A DNA stretch of 64,000 nucleotides from an uncultured virus (IMG/VR IMGVR_UViG_3300007511_001983) (lineage: Duplodnaviria > Heunggongvirae > Uroviricota > Caudoviricetes). Every line of letters begins with the position of its first letter. The stretch's first letter is position 1. Shown one piece after another: positions 38,371-51,197 of the stretch. The position numbers and the translations under genes were made by a program. The notes below the pieces were generated by a model. The model saw only the letters and a list, made by a program, of their open reading frames with translations. It made no database searches and had not been told where the DNA came from. The stretch is taken from IMG/VR virus record IMGVR_UViG_3300007511_001983, positions 1 to 64,000 of that record. The stretch is one strand, 5' to 3'.

Positions 38371-39174
38371 TTGCCCGAAGGACCAGAATGTAGACAGATG
38401 GCATTGCAAATGTCAGAGGATGTAAGCAATAAAAAGATTATTGACATCACAGTCTTAAGTGGAAGATATCTTAAAAATCCCGTCGAAGGAATGGAAAGCT
38501 TTCTTAAAGAGTCACCCATAAAAATCAGAGGCGTCGGAGTTCACGGAAAGTTTATCTTCTTTGTTCTTGACGATCAATGGACAATTTGGAGCACACTAGG
38601 TATGACCGGAGCTTGGTCAAGAGAAAAAGCTAAGCATGCCCGAATCAAGCTAGTTCTCGACGATGGACCGATCTATTATAATGATACACGAAACTTTGGC
38701 ACGATTAAGTTTGTCAAAGGGAAGAAAGAAATTGTTGACAAGCTTGAATCACTCGGCCCGGATATCCTGGCAGAGGAATGTTCCGACGAGTTGTTTGCCG
38801 AGAGAATCCAAAGTAAGCCGAAGAAAACAATTGCGCAAGCACTTATGGACCAGGCAGTAGTGTCAGGAGTTGGCAACTATGTGAAGGCGGAGGCTTTGTA
38901 TCTCGCTAAGGTTTCCCCTCATAGAACCTGCGGAAGTTTAACAGAAGCGGATCTGTATAACCTCAACACTGCTGTGCGCTCTGTCCTTATGTCATCCTTT
39001 GAATCTGGCGGAGCTACCATCCAGTCCTACAAAGATTTTCACGGAGACGTAGGAAATGCAACCCAAAATTTTGCAGTCTATGGACAGAAAAAAGATCCGC
39101 TAGGAAACGATGTCGTTAAGGAAAAAACCAAGGATGGACGAACGACACATTGGGTCCCGGAGGTTCAAGAATAG
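38371..39174 (+). CDS. Fpg/Nei DNA glycosylase with zincless finger
   Basis: PEGPE, GK, LGMTG, DTRNFG, LGPD, LMDQ..SGVGNY, GRTTHWVPEVQ with no finger cysteines. Confidence 0.9.
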   Translation: MPEGPECRQMALQMSEDVSNKKIIDITVLSGRYLKNPVEGMESFLKESPIKIRGVGVHGKFIFFVLDDQWTIWSTLGMTGAWSREKAKHARIKLVLDDGPIYYNDTRNFGTIKFVKGKKEIVDKLESLGPDILAEECSDELFAERIQSKPKKTIAQALMDQAVVSGVGNYVKAEALYLAKVSPHRTCGSLTEADLYNLNTAVRSVLMSSFESGGATIQSYKDFHGDVGNATQNFAVYGQKKDPLGNDVVKEKTKDGRTTHWVPEVQE

Positions 39175-39211
39175 CGTTTACTTGATTAGCATTTGAATGT
39201 AAGATTTCAAC

Positions 39212-39463
39212 ATGATTAACGTGACTCACATAGGCAGCGGCTCAATAAGCGAATATCAGATTGTAACAATGGAAAGCTCATCTTTTAAAACAGTTGCAGA
39301 CTTTGAAGCACTAGATACAAATATGATGTCGTTCTATAAGGTTTATAGAGATATCCTCTCAGTCACGTATAATGTTCGCCCACACGATCTTATACTTCTG
39401 CCAAAAATGAAATATATTTTAAAAAAATGGAGATCAGCAAATGATGACACTACCGGACAATAG
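39212..39463 (+). CDS. Hypothetical protein
   Basis: ORF after a TTTACT-17-TAAGAT promoter-like site. Confidence 0.45.
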   Translation: MINVTHIGSGSISEYQIVTMESSSFKTVADFEALDTNMMSFYKVYRDILSVTYNVRPHDLILLPKMKYILKKWRSANDDTTGQ

Positions 39464-39626
39464 TCAAGATCAGCTAAGGAAGCTCGGCATTTTAAACGAG
39501 AATGAAGTAGCAATTAAAGAAGGTGATTTATATGTTGCCAAGAACGTATTGACACAAGCCAGGCGAGCAATTGTAGTCCCACAAACAATGCTTGAGAACA
39601 CACAACGAAGAATACTAAGAGACTAA
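39441..39626 (+). CDS. Hypothetical protein
   Basis: SD GGAG; directly upstream of groEL. Confidence 0.5.
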   Translation: MMTLPDNSQDQLRKLGILNENEVAIKEGDLYVAKNVLTQARRAIVVPQTMLENTQRRILRD

Positions 39627-41982
<2,356 letters not shown>

Positions 41983-41993
41983 TATGTATTATT

Positions 41994-42176
41994 ATGAAGA
42001 AAAGCATTCTTTTAGCTTTCTATCCTATAATGATCTGTGTATGGTCACTATGCTTCATTCTTGACATTCTTTATTTGCCATTTTCTGAATTGAGATTAGC
42101 TTGGCCTGTATGTGCTGTATATTATGCAATACGCCTTCGTGATGTTAAAGAATGGAGTGATAAACTAGATGAGTGA
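41994..42176 (+). CDS. Small membrane protein
   Basis: Two hydrophobic segments. Confidence 0.45.
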   Translation: MKKSILLAFYPIMICVWSLCFILDILYLPFSELRLAWPVCAVYYAIRLRDVKEWSDKLDE

Positions 42177-42606
42177 TTGGCGATGCTTGAATGGCACTCC
42201 TCGAAATCTAAACAAGAGCTTGGAAGTTTATTTGAGGGAAGGATATAAAATACACGTCGGGTGCGACTCACATCAGTATGCAGACTATACACGACTTGTG
42301 TCAGTTATTTGTCTTCGAAAAGGACCCTACGGCGTTGTGACATATCGAAAAGTTCAAAATGAAAAATCGTCCCCTAGCATTTATATGAAACTTCAAAAAG
42401 AAGTGTTAGAATCTTTGGAAATTGCTGAGTTAGTATCTGAACTCGGTTTTGAAGATGTAACAGTTCACTTAGATATCAATCCAAATGATAAATTTCTTTC
42501 AAATAAATTTTATAAAGAATTTGTAAACATGGTTAAAGGTTGTGGGTATAAATGCATTACAAAACCCGACGCATTTGCAGCAGCTATTGCTGATATGTTT
42601 ACATAG
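42169..42606 (+). CDS. RNase H-like YkuK (DUF458) family protein
   Basis: VGCDSH, EV..S, VHLDIN, KPDAFAA..AD. Confidence 0.75.
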   Translation: MSDWRCLNGTPRNLNKSLEVYLREGYKIHVGCDSHQYADYTRLVSVICLRKGPYGVVTYRKVQNEKSSPSIYMKLQKEVLESLEIAELVSELGFEDVTVHLDINPNDKFLSNKFYKEFVNMVKGCGYKCITKPDAFAAAIADMFT

Positions 42607-42620
42607 TATAAGGAAAGAAA

Positions 42621-43010
42621 ATGAATAAATTACTAGAGTTGAGTCGACAAAGGATCCAAGCATTCGACGGATTAAAAGAAAACATCCAAAATATTGCCAG
42701 CAATATTCAGGAGGCTCAAAAATCTCATCTTGAAAGTGCCGAAAAAGAATCGTTAATAGATCTTGCTAATAAGTGGAATACATTAACTGCGCAGGATGCA
42801 AAAGAAAAAGGGCGTCAAGCAGGATATGCAGAAGCATGCAATGACTTTATGCCACTGATGCAAAATCTTTTTACTGTGCTCGATGAACAGCGAAATCAAT
42901 TACAAGAATTGTTTGAAGAGCTCTTAATTGAAGAAGCACAAGATGAAGTTATTGTCGAGGCTGAACCTGTCCCTTTAGTCTCGAAGCGTCGCTCAAAAAA
43001 GCAAAAGTAA
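42621..43010 (+). CDS. Coiled-coil hypothetical protein
   Basis: ORF with SD. Confidence 0.5.
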   Translation: MNKLLELSRQRIQAFDGLKENIQNIASNIQEAQKSHLESAEKESLIDLANKWNTLTAQDAKEKGRQAGYAEACNDFMPLMQNLFTVLDEQRNQLQELFEELLIEEAQDEVIVEAEPVPLVSKRRSKKQK

Positions 43011-43180
43011 CTAAGCTTGCATACTTTAAGTTATTTCAAATGAATTCACAAAAAAGATTTCATTTGCAAGCGCCTATACAACGTCTTCAAAATCATTTGC
43101 GCGCCGCAATAAATAGAGAAAAATCAAAAAATATCTAGAAGCGATTATTTATCTATAATCTATATAAAGGATAGAAAATT

Positions 43181-43609
43181 ATGAATGTATCTTCTTCTTA
43201 TAAACCTGCAGCAGGCGTCGTAGTTCTTCGTCACATGGATGGCAACTGGAATGTTTTATGCCTTAAAACACGAGCCGGCGATTTAGACTTAACAAAGGGG
43301 ATCATTGATCCAGGAGAAGACCCATTCGAAACTGCAATCAGAGAAGCCAAAGAAGAGGCAAATATATCTGATCTTGCATTTCCTTTTGGAAAAGATGTGG
43401 TTGAAACTGATGCCTGCGTAATGTATATCGGTGTTACAAATCAAGAGCCTGAGATCTTATCAAATCCTCATACTGGAATAAAAGAGCATGCCGGGTATGT
43501 GTGGATGCCAATTTTAGAAGCAGTAAATTCAAATAAAATAAAGAAATTTCTACAACCTGCAGTTGAACGAGCCTTTGAATTGACTTTAAAAGATAAACAG
43601 CGCTCTTAA
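43181..43609 (+). CDS. NUDIX hydrolase
   Basis: KGIIDPGEDPFETAIREAKEEANI. Confidence 0.88.
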   Translation: MNVSSSYKPAAGVVVLRHMDGNWNVLCLKTRAGDLDLTKGIIDPGEDPFETAIREAKEEANISDLAFPFGKDVVETDACVMYIGVTNQEPEILSNPHTGIKEHAGYVWMPILEAVNSNKIKKFLQPAVERAFELTLKDKQRS

Positions 43610-43643
43610 AAGTTATATAATAATAAATTAAGGAGATTTAAAA

Positions 43644-43826
43644 ATGAATCAAGATGAGATTAGTAAACTTGTTGGGCTTCGGAAGTATATTATTGAGTGT
43701 CATAACAATCTAGACGGAAAAGGGAATAATAACTCTTTAGTAAAACAGCATGATGTAGCATACGAATATTCTAGAATGATCAAGATGACAGACAGTATTT
43801 TAAAAGAATATGTAAATTTTGAATAA
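43644..43826 (+). CDS. Hypothetical protein
   Basis: SD AAGGAG. Confidence 0.55.
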   Translation: MNQDEISKLVGLRKYIIECHNNLDGKGNNNSLVKQHDVAYEYSRMIKMTDSILKEYVNFE

Positions 43827-43845
43827 TAAAAACGAGGATAAGTAA

Positions 43846-44280
43846 ATGGCATCTAGATGTAAAAATTCAATGGCAGTCAAAAACAAAAAGATAAAACCTG
43901 TATCTGCAGATGATATTGTCGAAACTAAAAGTGAAATAACTGCAATACCCAGATCTGAAATCAAGAATTCTAAAAAGCTTGTTTCAAAAAAGAAACCTGC
44001 TTCGAAGAAAAAGATTTCCAAAAAAGTATCAACAAATTGGGAAGATTCAAAGCCCGATAATCCTGCGGTTGAAAAAGCAGTAAATAAAATCTTAAAGCCT
44101 AAAGCAAAGAAAAAGGCTAAGGTTAACAATGCTCAAACTCCCGAGGATGCAATTATGCAATCTGAGGCTGTGACTCCTGATTTAGAAAAAGCTGTTGTTC
44201 CTAAAAAGAAGGCAGAAAGAAAGTCACCGGTACGTCGAGCAAAGAAAACAACCAAGAAAACAACCAAGAAAAAGAAGTAA
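43846..44280 (+). CDS. Lys-rich, histone-H1-like basic protein
   Basis: KK/KKTT-rich low-complexity sequence. Confidence 0.45.
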   Translation: MASRCKNSMAVKNKKIKPVSADDIVETKSEITAIPRSEIKNSKKLVSKKKPASKKKISKKVSTNWEDSKPDNPAVEKAVNKILKPKAKKKAKVNNAQTPEDAIMQSEAVTPDLEKAVVPKKKAERKSPVRRAKKTTKKTTKKKK

Positions 44281-44808
44281 ATGAGATTAAAAAGAGTCGC
44301 CGCCCCAGCCAGAATCTATAAAGATATCAAATCTCTGAGAGAGGGAATCCTCAAGACTGCAGAACCGTCAGAGGTTGTGGTTGCAACGTCAGGCGGATTT
44401 GATCCAATGCATGTAGGTCACTTGCGCTGTATTCAAGATGCTGCCGAGCTCGGTGATATCTTGGTTGTCATCGTCAATAGCGATGAATTTTTGCAACGAA
44501 AAAAAGGATTTGCATTCATGCCCCATCAAGAGAGAATGGAAATCATCGCCGGAATTGCAGGTGTTGATTATGTTGTGGGCTGGGACGATGGATCTCAAAC
44601 TGTGACAGGTGCATTAGATATCCTCCAGCCGGCGATCTTTGCCAAGGGCGGAGACAGAGATGCTGCGTCCAACGTTCCCGAGTATGATCTATGCGACAAG
44701 ATCGGCTGTGAGGTTAAGTTCAACATCGGCGGAGGTAAGATCCAGTCAAGCACCAACCTAATCAGTAACAGCGCCCTTCAATTTGAAACAGACGATAAAA
44801 AGAAATGA
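44281..44808 (+). CDS. Cytidylyltransferase-like nucleotidyltransferase
   Basis: SGGFDPMHVGH, FAKGGDR, KIQSST. Confidence 0.85.
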   Translation: MRLKRVAAPARIYKDIKSLREGILKTAEPSEVVVATSGGFDPMHVGHLRCIQDAAELGDILVVIVNSDEFLQRKKGFAFMPHQERMEIIAGIAGVDYVVGWDDGSQTVTGALDILQPAIFAKGGDRDAASNVPEYDLCDKIGCEVKFNIGGGKIQSSTNLISNSALQFETDDKKK

Positions 44809-45245
44809 AGCTAATTACATCATTCATATGTCTGACCAAAGATCTGGGCGTTCACAATAACCTCTTCGGGGGAGTCCTTTTGTCACATCTCGATCAAGCC
44901 GGCGGCGTTCTTGCAGCAGAGTCATGCCAGACTCCGAGAATGGTAACAGTCAAAATGGATGAAGTTGAGTTTTTACTACCGGTCAAGGCAGGAAACGTAA
45001 TTAAGATCTACGGTAAGGTTGCAGAATATGGCAACACGTCAATAACGCTGGAACTCGAGGCTCGAAAAGAATCTGCATACACAATGAAGCAAAAGGTTGT
45101 TTGCTCAACACGCATCAAGTTTGTTAGAATCGATGAAGATGGCGACCCAGTTCCGATCTCAGAGCGCGCCAAAAAGGGTGAATCACCTAGCACAACCCGG
45201 GAAAAATTAGAAGAAATTCAAAAATGGCGTGAAGGCCTAAAATAA
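44805..45245 (+). CDS. Acyl-CoA thioesterase (hotdog fold)
   Basis: NLFGG..L..LD.AG, VTV..D.V.F..PV..G, GNTSI. Confidence 0.85.
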   Translation: MKLITSFICLTKDLGVHNNLFGGVLLSHLDQAGGVLAAESCQTPRMVTVKMDEVEFLLPVKAGNVIKIYGKVAEYGNTSITLELEARKESAYTMKQKVVCSTRIKFVRIDEDGDPVPISERAKKGESPSTTREKLEEIQKWREGLK

Positions 45246-45256
45246 AGAACGGTAAA

Positions 45257-47746
45257 ATGTCAAAATATACAATTGATTTGAAGGACCTTCGTCTCACAGA
45301 CATTGAGAAGGTCGGCGGAAAGAGTGCCTCTCTGGGAGAGATGATTCAATCACTGTCTGAGATCGGTGTCAATATCCCGGGCGGCTTTGCAGTTACAGTC
45401 CAGGCATACAGAGACTTCCTCGCAGCTAATGGCCTCGAAGACAAAATCAGAAAGCTAATCGAATCATGCGACGTTGATGACCTTGTCCAGCTCAGGCAAA
45501 TTGGCACTCAGATCAGAGAGATGATTCGTCAGTGTGAGTTCCCAGATGATATGCGCGCCGAGATCAAGATTGCCTATGAGGAGCTCTCCCAGAGATATGG
45601 CCAGGATATCACAGATGTTGCTGTGAGATCTTCCGCCACTGCAGAGGATTTACCGGATGCCTCTTTCGCCGGCCAGCAGGAGACGTTTCTGAATGTTCGA
45701 GGCTGGAAGGGCGTTCTAACTGCAACCCGCAATTGCTTCGCGTCCCTCTTTACTGACAGAGCGATATCATACCGAACCACATTCAATTACGATCACTTCG
45801 ATGTAGGACTCTCAGCTTGCGTTCAAAAGATGGTCAGGTCAGATCTCGGAGCTTCAGGCGTCGCATTCTCGCTGGACACGGAGTCTGGATTCAAGGATGT
45901 AGTTCTCATTAACGGTTCGTGGGGTTTGGGTGAGATGGTGGTGCAAGGAGCTGTATCACCGGATGAGATGCTGGTATTCAAGCCTACACTAAAGAGCGGA
46001 TACACGCCGATCATTGAAAAGCGGATGGGTGACAAAGACAAGAAGATGATCTACTCTGACAACCCAGGTGAGAGAACAAAAATCATCTCTGTCTCACCTG
46101 ACCAGCAAGGATCATTTTGTATCGATGACGAGATGGTTCTCAAGCTAGCCGATTGGGTATGCAAGATTGAAACATACTACACAAACCTCCGCGGAACGTG
46201 GTGTCCGATGGATGTTGAGTGGGCTGTTGATGGTTTGACGCACGAGCTATATATCGTGCAAGCCCGCCCGGAGACAATCCACTCTCAACGCCAGCAAGAC
46301 GTGATAACTGAATATCATGTCAATGACCCGCTCCGCGCCAAACGCTTAATTGCAAAAGGTGTTGCAGTTGGTGATGGAATATCAACGGGTAAAGTTCGAA
46401 TCATGTATTCACTCGACGGCCGTGACGGCGGATCTGACGAGACAGATTTTGAACCCGGCGATGTGCTAGTGACAGAGATGACTGATCCAGACTGGGAGCC
46501 TATAATGAAAAAGGCAGCAGCCATCATCACCAACCGAGGGGGCAGAACCTGCCATGCAGCAATTGTCGCCCGTGAGATGGGAATTCCAGCAGTGGTCGGT
46601 GCCAAAGGTTTAGACAAAAGGCTTTCCACAAAATGCCTAAATGAAGGACAGATCGTTACCGTATCATGCGCTGAGGGAGACGTTGCCAATATTTACGACG
46701 GGATTGTGCTATATGAATCGTTAACCACAAAGCTGAGTGACCTGGCTGAGACCCATACACCGATCATGATGAACGTAGGATCACCCGACCAAGCATTTAA
46801 ATTTGCTGCCATACCCAATGCGGGAGTCGGCTTGGCGCGCGAAGAGTTCATCATCAACAACTACATTCAGGCACACCCGATGGCGCTGCTTAAGCATCGA
46901 GAAGTAGGCGACCCGGAGCTCACAGCAAAGATTGAAGATTTGACGAAGGGTTATGAAAGTGAAGAAGAGTTCTTTATCAAGCGTCTATCGTATGGTATTG
47001 CAAAGATCGCGTCAGCATTCTATCCCAACGAAGTAATCGTCAGGTTTAGCGACTTTAAATCCAACGAATACCGAGGTCTGCTAGGCGGAGAACACTTCGA
47101 GCCTACGGAAGAGAATCCAATGCTCGGCTGGAGAGGCGCATCACGCTATTACTCACCCGAATACCGAGAAGCGTTTGGGATGGAGTGCAAAGCCATTCGT
47201 CGAGTTCGCGAAAAGATGGGCCTGAAGAATGTGACAGTGATGATTCCATTCTGCCGAACAGTCGGCGAACTCCACAAAGTATATGATGTCATGAGTGCTT
47301 ACGGACTTGAACGAGGCCGAGAGGACCTAAAAGTATTTTTAATGGCTGAGCTACCATCCAACGTAATCCTTGCTGGTGAATTTGCAAAACACATTGATGG
47401 ATTCTCAATCGGAAGCAACGATCTAACGCAGCTTACTCTCGGCTTAGACAGAGACAGTGAGCTGGTCCAGCATCTCTACGATGAGAGAGATGACGCTGTA
47501 AAGAAGATGCTAGCAATGGTAATCTGTCAGGCTAAAGCCTGCGGTGTCAAAGTCGGAATATGCGGCCAGGGTCCATCTGATTTTCCAGATCTGGCAGCGT
47601 TCCTTGTTCTGCAGGGAATTGATTCAATTTCTGTGACTCCGGATAGTATGTTAAAGACCCGAAGGGCTATATATGATATAGAGCATAGAAATCTAATCCA
47701 AGGACGGAATAGAGAGTATAATAATCCCAACGAAGGAAATAAATGA
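45257..47746 (+). CDS. ppsA: Phosphoenolpyruvate synthase
   Basis: VGGK..SLGEM, AVRSSATAED, SFAGQQETFLN, QARPET, GGRTCHAAI, EENPMLGWRG, GICGQ. Confidence 0.95.
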   Translation: MSKYTIDLKDLRLTDIEKVGGKSASLGEMIQSLSEIGVNIPGGFAVTVQAYRDFLAANGLEDKIRKLIESCDVDDLVQLRQIGTQIREMIRQCEFPDDMRAEIKIAYEELSQRYGQDITDVAVRSSATAEDLPDASFAGQQETFLNVRGWKGVLTATRNCFASLFTDRAISYRTTFNYDHFDVGLSACVQKMVRSDLGASGVAFSLDTESGFKDVVLINGSWGLGEMVVQGAVSPDEMLVFKPTLKSGYTPIIEKRMGDKDKKMIYSDNPGERTKIISVSPDQQGSFCIDDEMVLKLADWVCKIETYYTNLRGTWCPMDVEWAVDGLTHELYIVQARPETIHSQRQQDVITEYHVNDPLRAKRLIAKGVAVGDGISTGKVRIMYSLDGRDGGSDETDFEPGDVLVTEMTDPDWEPIMKKAAAIITNRGGRTCHAAIVAREMGIPAVVGAKGLDKRLSTKCLNEGQIVTVSCAEGDVANIYDGIVLYESLTTKLSDLAETHTPIMMNVGSPDQAFKFAAIPNAGVGLAREEFIINNYIQAHPMALLKHREVGDPELTAKIEDLTKGYESEEEFFIKRLSYGIAKIASAFYPNEVIVRFSDFKSNEYRGLLGGEHFEPTEENPMLGWRGASRYYSPEYREAFGMECKAIRRVREKMGLKNVTVMIPFCRTVGELHKVYDVMSAYGLERGREDLKVFLMAELPSNVILAGEFAKHIDGFSIGSNDLTQLTLGLDRDSELVQHLYDERDDAVKKMLAMVICQAKACGVKVGICGQGPSDFPDLAAFLVLQGIDSISVTPDSMLKTRRAIYDIEHRNLIQGRNREYNNPNEGNK

Positions 47747-49575
47747 GAAACTCTATAAGAAACGCCAATCCAAGAACGTTGGGACTTTGGTTTATGGCCC
47801 TCGCGATAATTTTCTTTTTATTGTCATCGCCAGGACACAGAGATAGCAACGTAAGAAAAGTCAGCTATACTGAGATGATTCAACTTATTCAGGAGCTGCC
47901 CGCAGGGAAAGATTCAAAATCAACGCTAACGATTAGCGGAGATAGATGGGAACTGATACAGGATGACGACCCCGGAATCACAACCTCAGTAGGCCCAGTT
48001 ACAGAGGGCTTCCTTGATCTGGCACAAAAGCATCATCCGGGCCTAAAGCTGGTAATATCACCCAGAGAAACACCGTCGGCATTTTGGTCATTCCTGGGCA
48101 GCTTCCTTCCATTCGTTCTTATTTTTGGTATCATATTTTTCTTCGTCAAAAATATGACTAAAACACAAGGCAGGGCAATGGACTTCAATAAAAGCAAGCA
48201 TAAGATCATATTGCCAGGTGAAAATAAAAAGAAATTTTCTGACGTGGCTGGGTGTGATGAGGCAAAGGCAGACCTTGAAGAGGTTGTTGACTATCTCAAA
48301 GATCCAGCTAAGTATTATAAGCTCGGCGCCAAACTACCAAAGGGGATTCTATTAGCAGGCCCGCCCGGAACAGGCAAGACACTTTTAGCTCAGGCCCTCG
48401 CCGGCGACGCCGGCGTTCACTTTCTAACCATCTCAGGTTCAGACTTCGTTGAAATGTTTGTTGGTGTTGGTGCATCTCGAGTCAGAGATTTGTTTGAAGC
48501 AGCAGAGATGCTCGCGCCTGCCATTATATTCATTGATGAGATCGACGCCGTCGGTCGCCAGCGCGGTGCAGGCATGGGCGGAGGCAACGATGAACGTGAA
48601 CAAACACTCAACCAGCTCCTCGTCGGAATGGATGGCTTTGAAGAAAACAGCGGGATTATGGTTCTTGCTGCATCCAACCGACCCGATGTCCTCGATCCGG
48701 CACTTCTCAGACCCGGGCGCTTCGACCGCCGCGTTACAGTTGGTCGCCCAGACATTAAAGGCCGCGCAGAGATCCTGAGGATTCATCTCAGAGACATTCC
48801 GCTGGATCCAGGTGTAGATATTCAAGTCATAGCACGATCAACACCAGGGATGACAGGAGCAGATCTAGCTAATCTGTGCAATGAAGCAGCATTGAATGCG
48901 GCGAAGGACAATAGAGAGAAGGTAATTGATACTGACTTCGAAGTCGCCAGAGACAAAGTTACAATGGGATCCCCTCGAAAATCTATGATCATGTCTGATG
49001 AGCAAAAGCTAGCCACAGCAAGACACGAGGCAGGACATGCTGTCGTGGCATTCCATACAAAGACCTCAGATCCACTGCACAAGGTTACCATTATTCCTCA
49101 CGGCGGAGCACTCGGTTTGACAATGCAACTACCCGAAGAGGACAAGCATTGCTCAACACATGAAGAGTATGAAGACAGAATCAAGGTATTGCTCGGCGGT
49201 TATCTAGCTGAGAAGATGTATTACGGCGACAAGGGCTCAACAACAGGTGTCAAGAATGACCTCCAGCGTGTTAAGGCAATTGCTGCAAGCATGGTCAAAG
49301 AGTTCGGTATGTCGCCATTAGGCCCGATCTACAACGCCACCGGAAATGACAGCCCATTCTTAGGTCGAGAAATGGGGACAGCTAGAAAATCAGATCTGAG
49401 CGAAGTGGTTTCTGCCCGAATCGACAAGGAGATCCGGAACGTGATTGAATCATCTCTCGAAGCAGCACAAGATATTTTGACAAAGAACAAAGCAGTAATG
49501 GACAAGATGGTTGATGATCTGATGGAGCATGAAACGCTCAATGCAGACCAGCTTAATAAAGTTCTGTTAACATAA
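47743..49575 (+). CDS. ftsH: ATP-dependent zinc metalloprotease FtsH
   Basis: Two TMs, [26 protein letters not shown]. Confidence 0.95.
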   Translation: MRNSIRNANPRTLGLWFMALAIIFFLLSSPGHRDSNVRKVSYTEMIQLIQELPAGKDSKSTLTISGDRWELIQDDDPGITTSVGPVTEGFLDLAQKHHPGLKLVISPRETPSAFWSFLGSFLPFVLIFGIIFFFVKNMTKTQGRAMDFNKSKHKIILPGENKKKFSDVAGCDEAKADLEEVVDYLKDPAKYYKLGAKLPKGILLAGPPGTGKTLLAQALAGDAGVHFLTISGSDFVEMFVGVGASRVRDLFEAAEMLAPAIIFIDEIDAVGRQRGAGMGGGNDEREQTLNQLLVGMDGFEENSGIMVLAASNRPDVLDPALLRPGRFDRRVTVGRPDIKGRAEILRIHLRDIPLDPGVDIQVIARSTPGMTGADLANLCNEAALNAAKDNREKVIDTDFEVARDKVTMGSPRKSMIMSDEQKLATARHEAGHAVVAFHTKTSDPLHKVTIIPHGGALGLTMQLPEEDKHCSTHEEYEDRIKVLLGGYLAEKMYYGDKGSTTGVKNDLQRVKAIAASMVKEFGMSPLGPIYNATGNDSPFLGREMGTARKSDLSEVVSARIDKEIRNVIESSLEAAQDILTKNKAVMDKMVDDLMEHETLNADQLNKVLLT

Positions 49576-49588
49576 AGAATGGATTGAA

Positions 49589-49921
49589 ATGAAGCTATCA
49601 TTAGATACTCTCTCCGGAGACGTAGTAAAAAAGACTGACGTATATACCGTCATCGACAACACAGAGCTAAACAATCTTGTTGTCTCAAAAACAATACTGC
49701 ATCCCGAAATGTCAACATCAGGGCACACACATAAAGGACAAGAAGAAGTATATCAATTTATCTCTGGGCACGGTCTTATGTATGTTGGCAAGGAGACATA
49801 TGATGTCAACTCGGGTGTTACAGTGCTTATTCCTGATGGCGAATTTCACAAAGTCGCCAACTCAAGTGAGTATGAGGATCTAGTATTTATTTGTGTTTTT
49901 GACGGCAATAGAAGTCATTAA
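49589..49921 (+). CDS. Cupin domain protein
   Basis: GHTH..QEEVY.F..G.G; IPDGEFH.V.N. Confidence 0.85.
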   Translation: MKLSLDTLSGDVVKKTDVYTVIDNTELNNLVVSKTILHPEMSTSGHTHKGQEEVYQFISGHGLMYVGKETYDVNSGVTVLIPDGEFHKVANSSEYEDLVFICVFDGNRSH

Positions 49922-49961
49922 TAATATAAAATCTTGATTATTAGACTATAATAAATCATAT

Positions 49962-50049
49962 GGAAAGTTGGCCGAGTGGTCGAAGGCGACGCATTAGAAA
50001 TGCGTTGAGGTGCAAGTCTCCGTGGGTTCGAATCCCACACTTTCCTCCA
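49962..50049 (+). tRNA. tRNA-Ser, anticodon AGA (49996-49998), encoded CCA
   Basis: Acceptor GGAAAGT/ACTTTCC; anticodon stem ACGCA/TGCGT with loop TTAGAAA; long variable arm; T-arm GTGGG-TTCGAAT-CCCAC. Confidence 0.9.
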
Positions 50050-50069
50050 ATTTCTCTGAAGGAGATCGA

Positions 50070-50837
50070 ATGAAGAAGCTCGTTTGTTATATGCTAATGT
50101 TCACAGGTTGCAATAGCGGCAATGATTCTGTCACGCAAGAGGTAAAGTCTGAATACTCATATGAAGATGAAATGGTTAGGGTCTACGCTGACGACGTCAT
50201 TCCAGCCATCAAGCTAAATGAGACTGAACAAAATACACGGGATGCTTCTGTAAAAGTCTTCACGCCCGGCATGGGAAGAGGATCAGGCTGCTATGTAACG
50301 TATAAGGGAACAAATCTTGTCATTACTGCCGCCCATGTAATCAATGACTCTAAGACTAATTGGTTTTGGGTTGTCAACAATAAGCAAAAGGTCAAAGCTC
50401 ACGCTGCTTATTTTAATGGTGCTGAGGACATTGCACTGCTAGCTGTTCCTGATGCAAAGATCGCTGATCCTGTCCCGCTTGCAGTAGAGAATACATATCC
50501 CGATATCGGTGAGGAAATAATCTACTCAGGCTGGCCAGGACACCATTCTCTCTTGACGATCCGCGGCGAAGTTGTAGGATATCAAAAAATCAGCAGGGGC
50601 AAAGAGAAGCTTGTCGTTCATACATACGGTTGGCCCGGGGCCTCGGGATCATGTTTCTTTAATGCAGCTGGGGCAGTTGTTGGTATCCTCGTAGCACTCC
50701 CGGTCGAAAGAGGATATGTTCCGCAGCTTCTTGAGAGCATGGTTTACGCAACCCCCATCAAACATCTGGATCTTGACAAGCTCGACAAGGCTCTTTGCAC
50801 CTTGCCTAAAAATGTTCGACCTGAGATGTGTAAGTAG
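50070..50837 (+). CDS. Trypsin-like serine protease, probable lipoprotein
   Basis: MKKL...FTGC lipobox-like; TAAHV, DIALL, GASGS; SD GGAG. Confidence 0.85.
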   Translation: MKKLVCYMLMFTGCNSGNDSVTQEVKSEYSYEDEMVRVYADDVIPAIKLNETEQNTRDASVKVFTPGMGRGSGCYVTYKGTNLVITAAHVINDSKTNWFWVVNNKQKVKAHAAYFNGAEDIALLAVPDAKIADPVPLAVENTYPDIGEEIIYSGWPGHHSLLTIRGEVVGYQKISRGKEKLVVHTYGWPGASGSCFFNAAGAVVGILVALPVERGYVPQLLESMVYATPIKHLDLDKLDKALCTLPKNVRPEMCK

Positions 50838-50843
50838 GCAATC

Positions 50844-51197
50844 ATGTTACTAGCATTTGTTCTCGCCACTTCACTCCCAGCATATCATCCAGCAGCGCCA
50901 ATAAAATGTGTTAAGTACATGCCGGGATCCAATAGTGTCATACCTGATAACGTCGCGTTTAGATATTCGCCCTCGCAATGGCGAGACAACCAGATGAGAT
51001 GCTATTGTGAAGTCGTCCGACCAATCGAAGGAAGATGCATCAGATCAGGCTACAGTAGATCGCAGTGTAAATCACGAACAACAACTTGGGTCAATGAGAA
51101 CTTCCAGATTGTGGATGCCAACAACAATCAAAATCAAGAAGGGCAAGGAAATAATGCAAGACGAAACTTTATCCTCAATATCAGTCCACGCCACTAA
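50844..51197 (+). CDS. Secreted Cys-containing hypothetical protein
   Basis: Signal-like N-terminus; several Cys. Confidence 0.45.
   Translation: MLLAFVLATSLPAYHPAAPIKCVKYMPGSNSVIPDNVAFRYSPSQWRDNQMRCYCEVVRPIEGRCIRSGYSRSQCKSRTTTWVNENFQIVDANNNQNQEGQGNNARRNFILNISPRH

Noticed and set aside
39441..39626. GroES upstream of groEL
   Set aside because: 61 aa with no PLxDRV or mobile-loop pattern
43011..43180. Intergenic gap with imperfect CATTTGC..GCGCC repeat as ncRNA or origin
   Set aside because: Two short imperfect copies and no convincing structure; may just hold a 32-codon ORF
49994..50000. Reading the tRNA as Leu(TAG)
   Set aside because: The ACGCA/TGCGT stem fixes the 7-nt loop TTAGAAA, centring AGA; the shifted register does not pair
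50010..50069. ORF-track start of the serine protease
   Set aside because: It lies inside the tRNA; ATG 50070 has an SD and a signal peptide
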